From positions 471,961 to 511,636 of the forward strand of contig WELA01002297.1 in the NCBI GenBank assembly GCA_009602735.1: a DNA stretch of 39,676 bases. The letters are read 5' to 3'. The notes beneath the pieces were generated by a model. That model was not told the DNA's origin, searched no databases, and worked only from the letters and a program-made list of their open reading frames with translations. A program made the translations under genes and the position numbers. This DNA is from Mesotaenium endlicherianum (Eukaryota). Shown here piece after piece: positions 22,851 through 35,360 of the stretch (positions are counted from its first letter, which is position 1; each line of letters begins with the position of its first letter).

Positions 22851-24105
22851 GTGGACTTGCAGCCGGCAGCTGGAGGAGGTGAACATCTTGAGCATGTCAA
22901 GCGTGTGGAGCAGCAGACAATGCCAACAATGACTAGGGAGCAACAAGAGATGCAGGCGATGCTAAGGCAAATGGCGAATGCAATTGGAGGAGAAGTCTAC
23001 GCCCAGTTTCTACAAAATATGCGCGCGAAGGTGGAGAGAATGGTGCGAGTTGTTGTTGGGAACGCTGCTTTGACGAGCTCGGCACCTGCACCTGTTGTAC
23101 CACCAATTCATGTTAATCCAGTGGTGCAACCAATTATTGCACCTGCATCAGGAGTGCATGCGCCTAAGCCTGAAGTGTATACTGGAGAGCGTGGATCGTC
23201 GCTTGTTTATCAATGGATTTTTGGAGTGAAAAAATTGTTGGAGTATTCCCCGTTCACGCCCGACAGGCAAGTCGCCTTTGTGCTTATCTTGCTGAAGAAG
23301 AGTGCTGGAGCTTAGTATGAGCAACAAAAGCAGCTGTCTAGAGTTCCTGCTACAGTTGATCAGCTTATTGAAGGTTTGAAGAGGCAATTTCAACCCATTG
23401 CACCCGAGGCTACCGCTCAATATCTCTCGGCGCGTCTTCGTCAACAAGGAAGCGTTCAGGGGTATGTATCGCGCTTCAACGAGCTGATGCTTTAATGTCC
23501 ATTTCATGCACGAGTTGCAGATGATGGACATGTTCAAGAGGGGACTCAAGCCAACTGTAGCCAAGGAAGTGGAGCTCAAGGACCCAACCATGCTTAAGGA
23601 GATGATGGCATTGGCAACGAGAGTTGACGCTGTGAAGTATAGTCAGAGACAGTGGGGCAGCCAGAACTTTGGAGGATATCGACACTTTGGATCTCAAGCG
23701 CCAAGCACGAGTGGTCAAGGTCCAGTACCTATGGAGTTGGAACTAGTTCAGACCCAGCGCAGATAACAATATTTGAAGCCGAGAGGGCCCTGCTATAATT
23801 GTGGCAAGCTTGGGCATCTGGCTCGAGACTGTCATGGGAAGGCGAAGCAACCTCAAAAACATTTGGAAAAAGGAGGACGCCAATAAGTTGTTCTAAGGTG
23901 CCTACTGGCGTGAAGACGACAACTCACAAGGAGGTCATCCCCAAGAGCCTACCGAGAAGCGAAAGACAAGACGTTGACAAGCCTATTATCGTGGAAGGAA
24001 TAGTCGACGGCAACAAGGCGAAGTGTATAGTCGACAGTGGCGCAAGTGCAAACTTTGTGCACAAGAAGGTGGTGAAAGAGTGGCGAATCCCTGTGCAAAA
24101 GTATT
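22851..24105 (+). pseudogene. gag: Gag with CCHC knuckle and truncated aspartic protease
   Basis: PKPEVYTGE, FKRGLKPTV, CYNCGKLGHLARDC (23791-23832) and IVDSGASANF, with several stops and frameshifts. Confidence 0.9.
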
Positions 24106-25583
24106 ATGAAGCTTGAGAGAGGTTATGAGGAAGACCCAGAGTTTGCTTATGGTGGAGCAGCTGAGTCCAACTCGAGTATGCAGAAGAAGGACGGCATATG
24201 GTATTATGGTGATTCCAAGAGAGTGGTGGTACCTGACATCAAGGAGCTACGCGACCTACTACTTACGGAGCATCATGATTGCATATATGCTGGACACTTG
24301 GAAGCGAGAAGACGGCAAGCGTGCTGAAGCGGGAGTACTATTGGAGAAATATGGACAAGGACATCAAGGAGTGGATCAGGAGTTGCGATGCGTGCCAGCA
24401 AAATAAGATACCCAATCAAAAGGAGGGAGGTACATTGCAGCCCCTTCCTATTCTTGAGTATCCTTGGGAGCAGATTGCTATGGACTTTATCAAATCGTTA
24501 CCAGTTAGTGGGCAAGGGCACAATACAGTATGGGTTGTGTCTGATAGACTCAACAAGGTGGCACACTTCATTCCCATGAAGGAGACTTGTACGGCAGCAG
24601 ATGTGGCACGGCTATTCTTTGATTATATTTTCAGGCTACATGGGTTGCCGAAGGTGATTGTTTCAGATCGGGATCCAAGATTTACTAGCAACTTTTGGCA
24701 GTCATTGTTTACTTTGATGGGGACCAAGCACAGTATGAGCAGTTCTTATCAGCCTCAAACAGACGGGCAGAGTGAGAGGCTCAAGAGTCAATAGAAGTTT
24801 GCAAGAGGTGCTCAGGAGTTTTACTATGGAAGACCCTTTAGAGTGGGACAAGAAACTGCCAGGTTTAGAGTTTACCTACAATAACAGCATGCAAGGAGCT
24901 ACCAAGCAGTCAACATTCACTATGGTTTTTGAGAGAGAAGTATATCATCCAAGGAACATCTTGTTGGAGGAGGCCAAGGAGACTCAAGTTCCTACTACAC
25001 AACCTTTTGTGAAGCAGATGGCCAAGACTTGGGACACAACAAAGACGTGTATTTGGAAGGCACAAGAAGAGCAGGTCAAGCATGCTAATAAGCACAGGAG
25101 GGAAGTGACATTCCATGTGGGCGACAACTTACTCTTGTTAACAGAGAATCTACCTTTCACGGGCAAGAGGAAATTGCGGGCACGATTTGGTCCATCTTCG
25201 GTTCTCAAGCAGGTGAATCGAGTGGCCTACAAATTGGAACTTCATTCACGTTGGGGCATACATGATGTGTGCATGTCAGTTCCTTGCGGCCATACGTTGA
25301 CCCAAATGAAGGACATCCAGGACGACTACCTACACCGCCACCACCGGTTGAGATTGATGATGTATTGGAGTATGAAGTGGAGGCGATTGTCGGCGATTCA
25401 CAAGTCAAGCGAGGTCAACGACTTGTTCAAGAGTATATGGTCAATTGGAAAGGCTACCATGCGAACGACAACGCTTGGGAGCCGGAGGCCAACTTGACTC
25501 ATTGTAAGAGTAAGTTGAGACGTCATTTGCAGAATGCGTCGAGGACGTCGCATCTTGAGGAGGGGGATGATGTAAGGTCATAG
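24106..25583 (+). pseudogene. pol: Integrase (HHCC, DDE, GPF-type motif) plus chromodomain
   Basis: HHD..AGH..CDAC, IAMDFI, IVSDRDPRF, DGQSER, RFGP, and chromodomain EYEVEAIV..YMVNWKGY..NAWEPEANL. Frameshifted. Confidence 0.93.
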
Positions 25584-26051
25584 CTTAAAAAAAGTGCATT
25601 TTTGAGTTCAATGAGGGTATATTTTGATTCCATAGTAGTGTAGAGTGCATTTGTGTGGTTGTTTTGATATAAAGTTCATCAAATCTGGTCAAGTGATGAG
25701 AGAGTTATAGATTTTCGAAGTTTAATAAATTTTGAGGTCGGTTGACCACTGTCCTCATTTTACGATGAGCGCGATCGTCAGATTGACCGACAGCGTCGAG
25801 CAATGAGGGCCGTTAGAGTAAAATTGAACCTTCGCTCAACTCGACGGTCGCGCTCACCGCGGATTAAGGACAGTCGTCAACCGATCTCAAAACTAATTAA
25901 TCCGTGGAATATCCACACCTCTCTGAATACTTAACCAAATTTGATGAACTTTATATCAAAATGCCCACGAAACTGCACTTTACACTTATATGTAATCAAA
26001 GCATACTTTCAAGAAATTCAAAAATGCACTTCATAAACCTATGATCTTACA
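25571..26051. repeat. Two family-A LTR 5' portions joined in inverted orientation
   Basis: 25571-~25835 is the 3' LTR start following PPT GAGGAGGGGGATGA (25557-25570). ~25836-26051 is a reverse-complement LTR start (TGTAAGATCATAGG read from 26051). Confidence 0.88.
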
Positions 26052-26261
26052 AAGGGGAAACTTGCCAAAAAGTGACAGTAGGTGACAGTAATTGACAGTT
26101 GTGACAAGCATCCCACATTAAACATGAATCAAATTGGAGGGAGTGGGAACACATCTCGAGAACCAACCAATTGTTTTTACACATCCCTTCTCTACACTCA
26201 ATTGCGCTCACACTCACTTCTCTCTCAAGGGCACTCTCGCTTTCCGCTAACCCACACCAAG

Positions 26262-27906
26262 ATGGTCATCCAAAAGTCTAAACTCAAGAGGAAAATAAGA
26301 GCGGACAAGGCACACGCGGAGTATAAGGAAATTTTACGGGGACATCGAATCGTCCTCCATCTTATCTCAAAAATTGGAGCGACTTCGACTGCAGCGTGAG
26401 GCTCTGAAGAAGAAGGATGACGATAAATAAGCCAGGCTGAGGCAAGAAGAGCAGGACAAAAAGTTGCAGAGGAAGCCAAGAAGGCCAAAGAAGCTAGGCA
26501 AGCTGAGAAGAGGCGGAAGCAGCAAGCTGAGGAGGAACAGAGGAGAATCAAAAGCTATTGCTACACGGCAATGGGCAAGGGTTTTGATCTTTTGGAGGAA
26601 GCCTTTAAGTATGCCTAGAGGAGCCGAAGTGAGTCTCAAAAGGACATATCGCAGCAGGAGGGGGAGACATTCCCCAACTTTGACAAGTACATAAAGGTCA
26701 GCACAGGGCTCAAACTGTACCATGACTATGCCAGGATGGTAAGATATACGGTCTAGGAGGCCAAGGCACTGGCCCCGATGAAAAAAATCTGAAGTTGTGC
26801 TAATTTTTAGGATCTGGGACACAGACAAGGTCATTGAATTGATTTGTATGGACTTTGACAGCTTCAAGGATGCCACTGCTTACAAACGATTCAAGGCCAT
26901 GTAATATGAGGTGGAGAGAAGAACCTGCAAGTTCTTGGCAAGGAAGACCAGCCAGCTGGATCTCTCAGAACACTGGTACCCTTGTACTATGAAGAGGACA
27001 GACCCTGCTTTCTTCCTGCAACCCATTGATTGGCATTGGATGACCATTAACATGAGGGAAGAGCTAAATGACAGAGCTGAGAAAGACAATTTCTTGGCAA
27101 ACTTGCAGGGAAAAATATTATTGCCACCTCACATTGCAGCATGGGACCTAAGACTGGATAGAGTCAGGGATTGCATAAGACAAGAGACGCATAAGGATAG
27201 GACCAGGGCTACAAATTCTTTTTCTACGGGGAAGCATGCTTATGCCAAATGGACAAGTCAACATGGGGAGAAATGCCTGTATGCGGTCAGGACCCAACAA
27301 CCTCCACCGGCATCCAAAAGGGGAAGGTCAGTGGGATACTCATTTCCTCGGGAATAGCTGGAAGAGATGACCAGGGAGACTCAGAGGAACAGGAGGACAA
27401 AGAGGAGGAAGACGCAAGAGAGGAGTCTAGCCCTGTTGAGGCAGCGACCCCTGCTACATCCCCCACTTTGTAGTGGACTGGGCAGCCCTTGGCACAGGCA
27501 GCCTTGCAGCAGCTTGAGGAATCCAAAGCTCGAGTAGCTGGGAAGTTTCAGCAGGAGGAGTCCGACCCCTGGAGGTGAGACTCAGGCAAACAAGGCAAAC
27601 AGGAAGGCTGCCAAGGAGGCAGTGAGAGGGCTGCCAGCATCCTCCTCTCATAGAGGGCATGTGCCCGAACCCCATGTTATGCAGCACCCTTCTAGCATGT
27701 GAGTGTATGTTCCTGTCAATTCGGGAGCTGCACAGAAGAGGGTTTCCATCAACTTGCAAACTATGCAAGAGGAGGTAGCCCAGTTGTTACGTTCTCCTCT
27801 TGGTTCACCTTGGTCTAAGCCTCCGAGTTTCAGGAGACCACCGGATAAGAGACAAAGGTCCAAGTCCACGTCTCGCTTCCCAAAGGATAGAGCCCCTGGT
27901 ACTTAG
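26262..27906 (+). pseudogene. Family-B extra ORF (ORF3), unknown ~550-aa protein, copy 1
   Basis: MVIQKSKLKRK, a K/E/R coiled coil, core HWYPCTMKRTDPAFFLQP / LLPPHIAAWD / GKHAYA, an acidic stretch and an S/P/R tail. Contains stops and frameshifts. Confidence 0.8.
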
Positions 27907-28024
27907 TTTGGTGTTGTCTTTGTTTAGAGTCAGTCTGCTTTTGTGGGACATGTGAGTTACTTTGATGCAATCAGATATAGTAAACAGGTGATGTCGAGTC
28001 AACGATAATTTAAGTTAAATGGAT

Positions 28025-28740
28025 TGTAAAGCATCAATATATTGAGTAGATATAATATTCATTTAAGTATTGCAGTTGAGTAAGTTCACTCTGCTGAACT
28101 TCAGTTAGCATTAAGTCTGTTGCATGTTTAATAGTTGGTTTAATGACTCAGCCAGGAGCAGCCAGCTGAAGTCAACTTAAGTCAGCTTCTTGACACATTC
28201 TTTGACAGTCATCTGACTGCCGTACTCGGTAGCAACAACCCGCCTAGTTATGCATCCAAGTGTGGTGTGCTAGATGAATGGCCAAATGACACTCTTAAGG
28301 TAGATGGCGATTCGAGATGATGAAAGATGGCTCTGGATTTGGTTAGCCGAGGTCCTACCGACGAGGTTAACTCTCGGATAGGCGGTGCCATGGCACTTCC
28401 CGTTGAACACTAAACTCATTCCATGTCCATATGCTAGGTATTGTCCTCAAGTTTGCCATTTGAAAGCAAGACCAACTCTCTTGTACCGCTTAGTGAGAGA
28501 AATCTAAATCCAAGGCGAGAAGCCATTGATGCAAATTGTCTTCTAAACTTGCTTATGTATGAGTTTATCATGGCATGATTGATGCCCGCTTACTTGCATT
28601 TGACTCACGAGTATTGTTCACTTCTAGTGTATTGTCTTTTGCTGGTAAATCAGTTAACAAAACATACCATAAAGCTTATTTGCTGATATAAAGATCTTCT
28701 ATTAATTGTTAGTCGCCGATTGGTAAGTCGATTCTCTTCA
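28025..28740 (+). repeat. 3' LTR of family B (716 bp)
   Basis: TG...CA ends. Reverse-complement homolog of 1644-2361 and 35361-36078. Confidence 0.92.
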
Positions 28741-31700
28741 AGCAGCAACATCATGGTGGCGTACTATAAAGCGACTGTATTTCAAGCCATGGCCTAGAAC
28801 CCCCACCATCATATGCAAGATGGGCAAATTTTTGTGAGGCCCTCAAGAAGCCATTCACGCCCATCAATGTGGAGAAAATTGCCCAAGGAAAGCTCCACAA
28901 TCTCAAGCAAACGACGTCCAATCAAGAGTATACATTCAGATCTCACGCCCTCACTCTTGAGATCCCCAACATGTCTCTCGAGGAGAAGATTGATCGCTAC
29001 ATCTTTGAACTCAAGCCGAAGGTGGCAAAGAAAGTGGAAGTACGCAACTTCACGGACTTCTCAAAGATCATTCAAGTGGCCCTAAAGGTGGATATCTTGT
29101 ATTTTAAGCATTCATTGCCTTCATCTTCACGGGCACCGACAACACGGGTGTACGCGGCCCCTTCCGCATAGGAATCTGAACCCACACCCATGGAGGTTGG
29201 AGTCATCAAAAGAGACCCCGCGGTTGCCCAAAAGAGTGAAAGATCCTCCGATGACACTTATGATGCAAGACCCATGGAAATTCGAGTCTTTAAAAGGGAC
29301 CCCGCGGGCTGTTCGAAAGAGTGAAAGACCCTCCAATGACACTTATGATGCAAAAAACCAACAAGAAGTGAAAGCAAGACTCTCCCGGTTTGAAAAAGAA
29401 ACTCTCATGACGGCTAGACTATGCTCTCATTGTAAGGAGAAAAGCCATCGTGCATTTCATGCCCCAAAAAGTTGTCAAAAAATGGACAGCGTCGGTGAGG
29501 TGGCGACCCCCGTTGAAGACAACATTCCAGCCCCATTGAGTTGAAAAGGTTACCTTGGAGGAGAGAAGGTCCACATCTTGGTAGATAGCGGAGCTCAGGG
29601 CAACTTCATTGCTGCAGATTTGGCCACCGAGCACAACATTAGTATGCGTTCTCTTGATCACGACGAGAAGATTATGATGCCCGACGGATTCTCCTATATT
29701 GCTCGTTCCAAGAAGTCGTACCCCTTGGCTCTATCTATCAAGTCCTTCAAGGATAGAGTAGTGTACTTCCCCATACAATTGGGCAAGCACAACGTCATCC
29801 TAGGGACGCCTTGGTTGACCAAGCGCAACCCCCATGTTGATTGGAGAAACGGTACGATCAAGATCAAGAATGACATCGCTTCAAGAATCTATATTTTGCG
29901 CGCAATCCAAAAAATTCAGACCCCAAACATAAAGAAGCCGGCACACGAGATACTACTGTCCGCCCTCCAACTCAAGGGTATTGTGAGGAAGGGACACGAG
30001 CTTCTTTTGGCCTTGACCACGCCAAAAGACATCAAGAATGACATCAAGAGTCAAGAAGGCAGTCCCATTCCCAAGGAGATACAAGAAGTCTTGGTAGACC
30101 ACAAAGAAGTATTCTCCGCGGAATAGTCCAAGGGCCTACCCCCCAAGAGATTTGTAGACCACAAGATAGAGTTGGAGCCCAAAAGCAAGCCCATCTCTTG
30201 ACCTACGTTTCAGGATGTCACACACGGAGCTCGACAAAGTCAAGAAGCAAATTAAGGAGCTACTGGAGCATGGCTTCATTCGACCTAGCAAGTCGCCATT
30301 TGGGGCCCCGGTGCTATTTGTCAAAAAGAAGGATGGTACCTTGAGGATGTGTGTGGACTATCGCGCCCTCACCAAGATCACCATCAAGAATGGATACCTG
30401 TTGCCTTGCATGGATGAGCTCATGGACCGGTTGGATGGAGCTAAGTACTTCACGAAGGTGGATTTGAGAAGCGGCTACCACCAGATTTGCATTGCTGAAT
30501 CTGGCTTAGAGAAGACGCCATTCAGGACAAGATATGGATATTCTGAGTTTATGGTTCTGCCAATTGGATTCACCAACGCACCAACAAATTTCATGACTAT
30601 GATGATTACCATATTTCAGCCCACGTTGGACAGACTTGTGGTGGTAGTCAACAATGGCATCCTTATTTACAACAAGATCCTTGAAGAGCATGTACAACAC
30701 TTGAAAGAAGTCCTCGACGTATTGAAGCAAAACGAGCTATTTGCAAAGGAGTCAAAGTGCAAGTTTGCTTAACAAGACGTGGAGTTCCTAGGTCTCCACG
30801 TGGCTGCTAATGGCATCAAGATGGACCCCAAGAAGGCCACGGTGGTGGAGGAATGGCCGAACCCCACTACCAAGAAAGAGCTCCAATCATTCTTGGGATT
30901 TGCCAATTGGTACAGGAGATTCATCTAAAGCTCCTCGCACATAGCAGCCCCCCTCACAGATTAACTCAAGAAGAACAAGCCATATATTTGGACCAAGGAA
31001 GAGGAGGAAGCATTCCAACAATTGAAGCAAAGATTGACGACATCCTCGGTGCTCACACTCCTAAGTCCAAACCCAGATTGGCCCTTCCACGTCACCACCA
31101 ATGCATCTTCCTATGCAATAAGAGCAATCCTGCTCCAAGACCAAGGCAAAGAACTGCAACCCATTGCCTACTAGTCAAGGAAGCTTAATCTAGCCGAGCA
31201 GAGTTATACAACCGCGGAGCGAGAGGCGTTGGCAATTATATATGCCTTGAAGGTTTGGCGGTGTTACATTGAAGGGTACAAGGTGCTAGTCACTACGAAC
31301 CACGACGCGTTGAAGCACATCCAGACGCAACCGTATCTCTCAAGGAGACAAGCAAGATGGAGTGGATACTTGCAATAGTACAACATCAAGATTCAATACC
31401 AACCCGGAGAGACAAATCCAGCCAACCCCCTCTTAAGACTACTAGTGAACTCGGTAACAACAACCTTCCATACGGATTTGGGGGCAAGATTTTCAGCCGC
31501 CTATAAAGGAGAACCTTACTACAAAAACGGAGAAGCGGCCTTGGACCCATACAAGAAGCAAGAAGGCAATTATTGGGTGAGGCAAGACATGGGCCAGAGA
31601 TGTGTTCGTAATGACTTACAAGTCCGGCTCTTGCTTCTACGAGAAGCACGCGACAACCCTCTTGGAGGACACTTTGGGATCCTAAAGACCACGGGCGTTC

Positions 31701-34185
31701 TAGCCAAGACTTATTGCTAGCCAGGCATGTCTAAGCAAGTCAAGGAGTACTGAAGGAGCTGTGACACAAGCCAAAGAGTCAAGCCATCATCACAAAAGGC
31801 AGAAGGACTCCTCCAACCACAACCAATCCTTGAGAGGCAACGGACGGACATCTCAATGGACCTTATCGTAGACCTGCCCTTGACACCTCGAGGTCACATT
31901 GCAATACTAACGGTAGTGGACAGACTTACCAAGTTGACTCACTTCATTCCCACAACGACCAAGGTTACAGCACCACAATTAGCAAGACTCATCTTTGACA
32001 ACATCTTTCTACTCCATGGACTACCATAAAGAATTGTGTCTGATAGGAATCCAAAATTCACAAGCCATTTTTGGAAATATCTCTTCAAGAACTTGGGTAC
32101 ATTGCTGGATATGCCCATTACCTACTACCTGCAATCAGATGGGCAAACATAGCGTATAAATCATACCCTAAAGACCTCTCTAAAGGACTACGTGTCTACT
32201 TTAGAGCAAGACTGGACATGTACTTGACCCCCTTGGAGTTTGCCTACAATAACAGGATGCAGGCCTCTACCCAAGAGTTCCCATTCTCCCTCAACTATGG
32301 CTTTCATCCGACCACGCCACTGAGCTGCACGGCTGGCCATGATGAAGTACTTGCAGCGGCAGATTTATGGAGACATTGGAAGCAACCCTTGCAACAGCCA
32401 CAAAAGCTCTACAACACGAGCAAGATGCTCAGGCAAGAGTGGCAAACAGGTCCAAAAGAGAAATTACGTATAGAGTGGGTGACAATGTGTTACTATCATC
32501 CAAGAATATTTACCTGAACAACAGGCCTGCCGGCAGCAAGTTCTCTCCCAAGTGTTTGGTACCCTTCGAGATTATCCAGCAAGTCAACCTCGTTGCTTTC
32601 AAGCTAGAACTTCCCAAGTCTATGCACATCAATCCCGTATTCTACGCTTCCTTCTTCAAGCCATATGTGCAACCCGACAACAAGTTCCCAGGACGAGCGA
32701 TAATCCCACCAGCCCCAACAATAGTGGATGATCATTTGGAGTACAAAGTGGAAGACATATTGGCTATGAGAAATTGCAGGAGACAGCAGCAATACTTGAT
32801 CAAGTGGAAAGGATATCCAGATTGTGAGAACACTTGGGTGGTGGCGCACTGCCTTGACAAAGTTCAGAGAAAGATGAGGCGCTTCCATGCCGCCAACCCC
32901 CATCTTCGACCAGCCCCAAGTTTCTCTATTAGAAGCCCAAAGACTCATGGGAGGCAGCCTGCCATCATCCAGAAGCAGCAAGAGACCCTTTGAAGGCAGC
33001 CTACAAGAACCAGAAAGAGAAACAATTGACTTTGGACACTCTTCTCTTCATGTAGTTTTTGGACAGAAAACTAAAACTGCTACTGCTCATAGGTCTCTGC
33101 ATATTAAATTTTGAAATTCTACTTGGCTGTAATCCATGAATAGGTGATTTGTTATATTCTAAGTTTACTTGATTTAGAGCTATGGTTAAATAGATAAAAA
33201 TATGTGAGCACAAGGGAGTCTGGCTGCTGGCATTATTGGGGCAAAATATGCCTCACAACATTGTGCCCTCCCCTGAACTTTGAATGCTATGAACCTCAAG
33301 ACTATGGTACAACACATCTGCGCTCATTTGAAGACAAATTTTGCAGAGAAAAGAGAAGTAGAGAAGGACTTAAGGTTTTCAAAAGTCTCTGCACAGATTA
33401 GGAGGAGTTCCTACTCTTTTTGTTCTTGACGACACTCCAAAAATCAAAATGATCTCAAATATGGTGACCTGTTGAATGTCTTTGACGCGCTCTGTCTGGC
33501 ACTCAAGTGTTTAGATGTGGAGCAGTTCTGTGGATGCTATTAATTTTTTGAATCCGTGGCAGATTTTGGGCCAACTTGTACTACTTTCCTTATCATCAAG
33601 GAGTAGGCTAGCCAATAAGGTCACACCATTGACGACATTGTTTTGTCTACCTTGCATGAGTAGCACCTGACTTAAAGCCTTTGACTAGTCTTTTTTACGT
33701 GTGTGAGACGTGGTTTGACGCGCCAAGACGTTACTTTTTATGTTGGGGGAGTGATGTAGTCATATGGGTTATAATATATTAATTTGTTTTTACACATTTG
33801 AGTATTTTTAAGTAGATTTTTGAGGTACCAAGTGTGGATAGATACTCTGGTGACTTGGTTCATATCCTTTCAACCTTTTAAGGTAATTTTGAAGTTAAAG
33901 GAAGGACCTAGACTAATTCTATGTGGCAAAAGTCAAATATGCCGATCTTAGGTCAAAAGGACATGTGTACATTATTCTAGAAACGGGTGGCAACTTTTGG
34001 GATGTGCTGGGTGCCAACACATCAACTTGCACGTTCCTGGAAAGTACTCATGTAGCAAGCATATAAGCAAGAGCTAGATTATGAAGAGGCATTATAGAAT
34101 CACTCTTGTACTTGCAAAATTCCAGAAATATAATTACGTCAAGAAGCCATCTCTCTTTCAAGAAGCCACCACTTGTGTTCAAAGA
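28741..34185 (+). mobile_element. pol: Ty3/gypsy chromovirus family C: partial gag, PR, RT, RNase H, IN, chromodomain, PPT, partial 3' LTR (decayed)
   Basis: gag is cut at AATSWWR. Protease LVDSGAQGNF. RT LRMCVDYRAL..KVDLRSGYHQ, with the YxDD site degenerate (VNNG). RNase H ~31080-31400, integrase ~31650-32300, chromodomain YKVEDIL..YLIKWKGYPDCENTW. PPT GGGGGAGTGA is followed by TGTAGTCATA at 33755. The right boundary is approximate. Confidence 0.9.
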
Positions 34186-35360
34186 TCCGCGAATGTCCCT
34201 CGCGTCCATGCCTGGCGTCAACTCCTTAGCGGCGACGTATTGCAGCAACGCAGCATCGTCCCACACGTCCGTGGGCCCGCATTGCTGCGGCCAATGCCAG
34301 ACACCTCGTGTTGACCACCACCAAGTCGCGATCAGTGAGGCCTGTTGGCCGTGCATCGCTGTCCACTGTGAAGGCAAAGAAGGCTGCCGTATGGTAGGCT
34401 TCTGGCTCGTCCACGTTGTGGCGGGCCACAGTCAAGTCCCTTGAGGAGGGCAGTGGGTTGCGACTGAGACCGTTCGCGTCCATGTTGGTCCAGCAAAGCA
34501 TGTACTCTTGCAGGATGAGTGCCCACTGCGCGTACTTGCTGGTGAGGCGCTCCAACGTCATGAGCCACTTAAGCGGCTGATGGTTGGTGACGAGACAGAA
34601 GTGGGTGCCGTAGAGTTAGTGCCTAAAGTGCACACTAGCTCAGATAGCTGCCAGGCACTTCCCCTCGTAAGAGCCATAGTTAGCCTCGGCGCGGTTGTTG
34701 CTGCTACTGGCGTATGCCACCACGTATTCAAAGCCGTCGTGCTCCTGCACCAGCACTGCTCCCAGCCCTGCCTACGACCAGTCGGTGTGGAGGATGAAGG
34801 GCTTGATGTGGTTGGGCCGTTACGACACTGGAGCGCTCACCAGCAGCTCCTTGAGCTTGCCAAACGCCGCTTGCTGCTCTGTCCCCCATACATAGGCCAC
34901 CCCCTTCCGCTATAGGTTATTGAGTGGCTTAGCAAGGTTGCTGAAGTCAGGCACAAAGCAACGATAGTAGTTGACAATCCCAAGGAAAGCCCTCAATTGC
35001 GAGATGTCGGTCGGCGACGGGATGCCTGTGATGGCCATGATCTTGGCCAGCTGCGGCGCCAAGCCACTAGAGGAGAGAAGATGCCCGAGGTACTCCACCA
35101 GAAGATGCCCGAGGTACTCCACCTCTTGGGTCCCGACGGTGCACTTGCCTGGGTGACACTTGAGCCCAATGACCTCCAAGCGGTCTAGGACGGTGGTGAT
35201 GTACGCCACGTGCTCCTTGAACGTCTCACTAAAGTCGAGCACGTCATTGATGTAACACCAAGCAAAGAATAACCCTGCCAACTCCTTATGCATGAGTCGT
35301 TGGAAGGTGGCTGGAGCGTTCTTTAGCCCAAAGGGCATCACCCTCCACTTGTAGAGGTGC
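34186..35360 (-). mobile_element. pol: Gypsy family D fragment: RT C-terminal half and RNase H (GC-rich)
   Basis: YKWRVMPFGLKNAPATFQRLM, CYINDVL, FLGIVNYYRCF, LHTDWS, TNHQPLKWL, DANGLSR. Cut at 35360 by a family-B LTR. Confidence 0.9.

Larger units (their letters stand above)
22080..25835 (+). mobile_element. Ty3/gypsy chromovirus family A, copy 2, internally deleted (no RT/RNase H)
   Basis: Order: 5' LTR 22080-22813, PBS, gag, partial protease IVDSGASANF, integrase, chromodomain, PPT, partial 3' LTR from 25571. Confidence 0.93.
26052..28740 (+). mobile_element. Gypsy family B, 3' portion: extra ORF plus 3' LTR
   Basis: Colinear with 35361-38220 on the opposite strand. LTR 28025-28740 reads TGTAAAG...CTCTTCA. 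Confidence 0.88.

Noticed and set aside
26262..27906. Retroviral env gene
   Set aside because: The position fits, but there is no signal peptide or hydrophobic transmembrane stretch, and the protein is highly charged.
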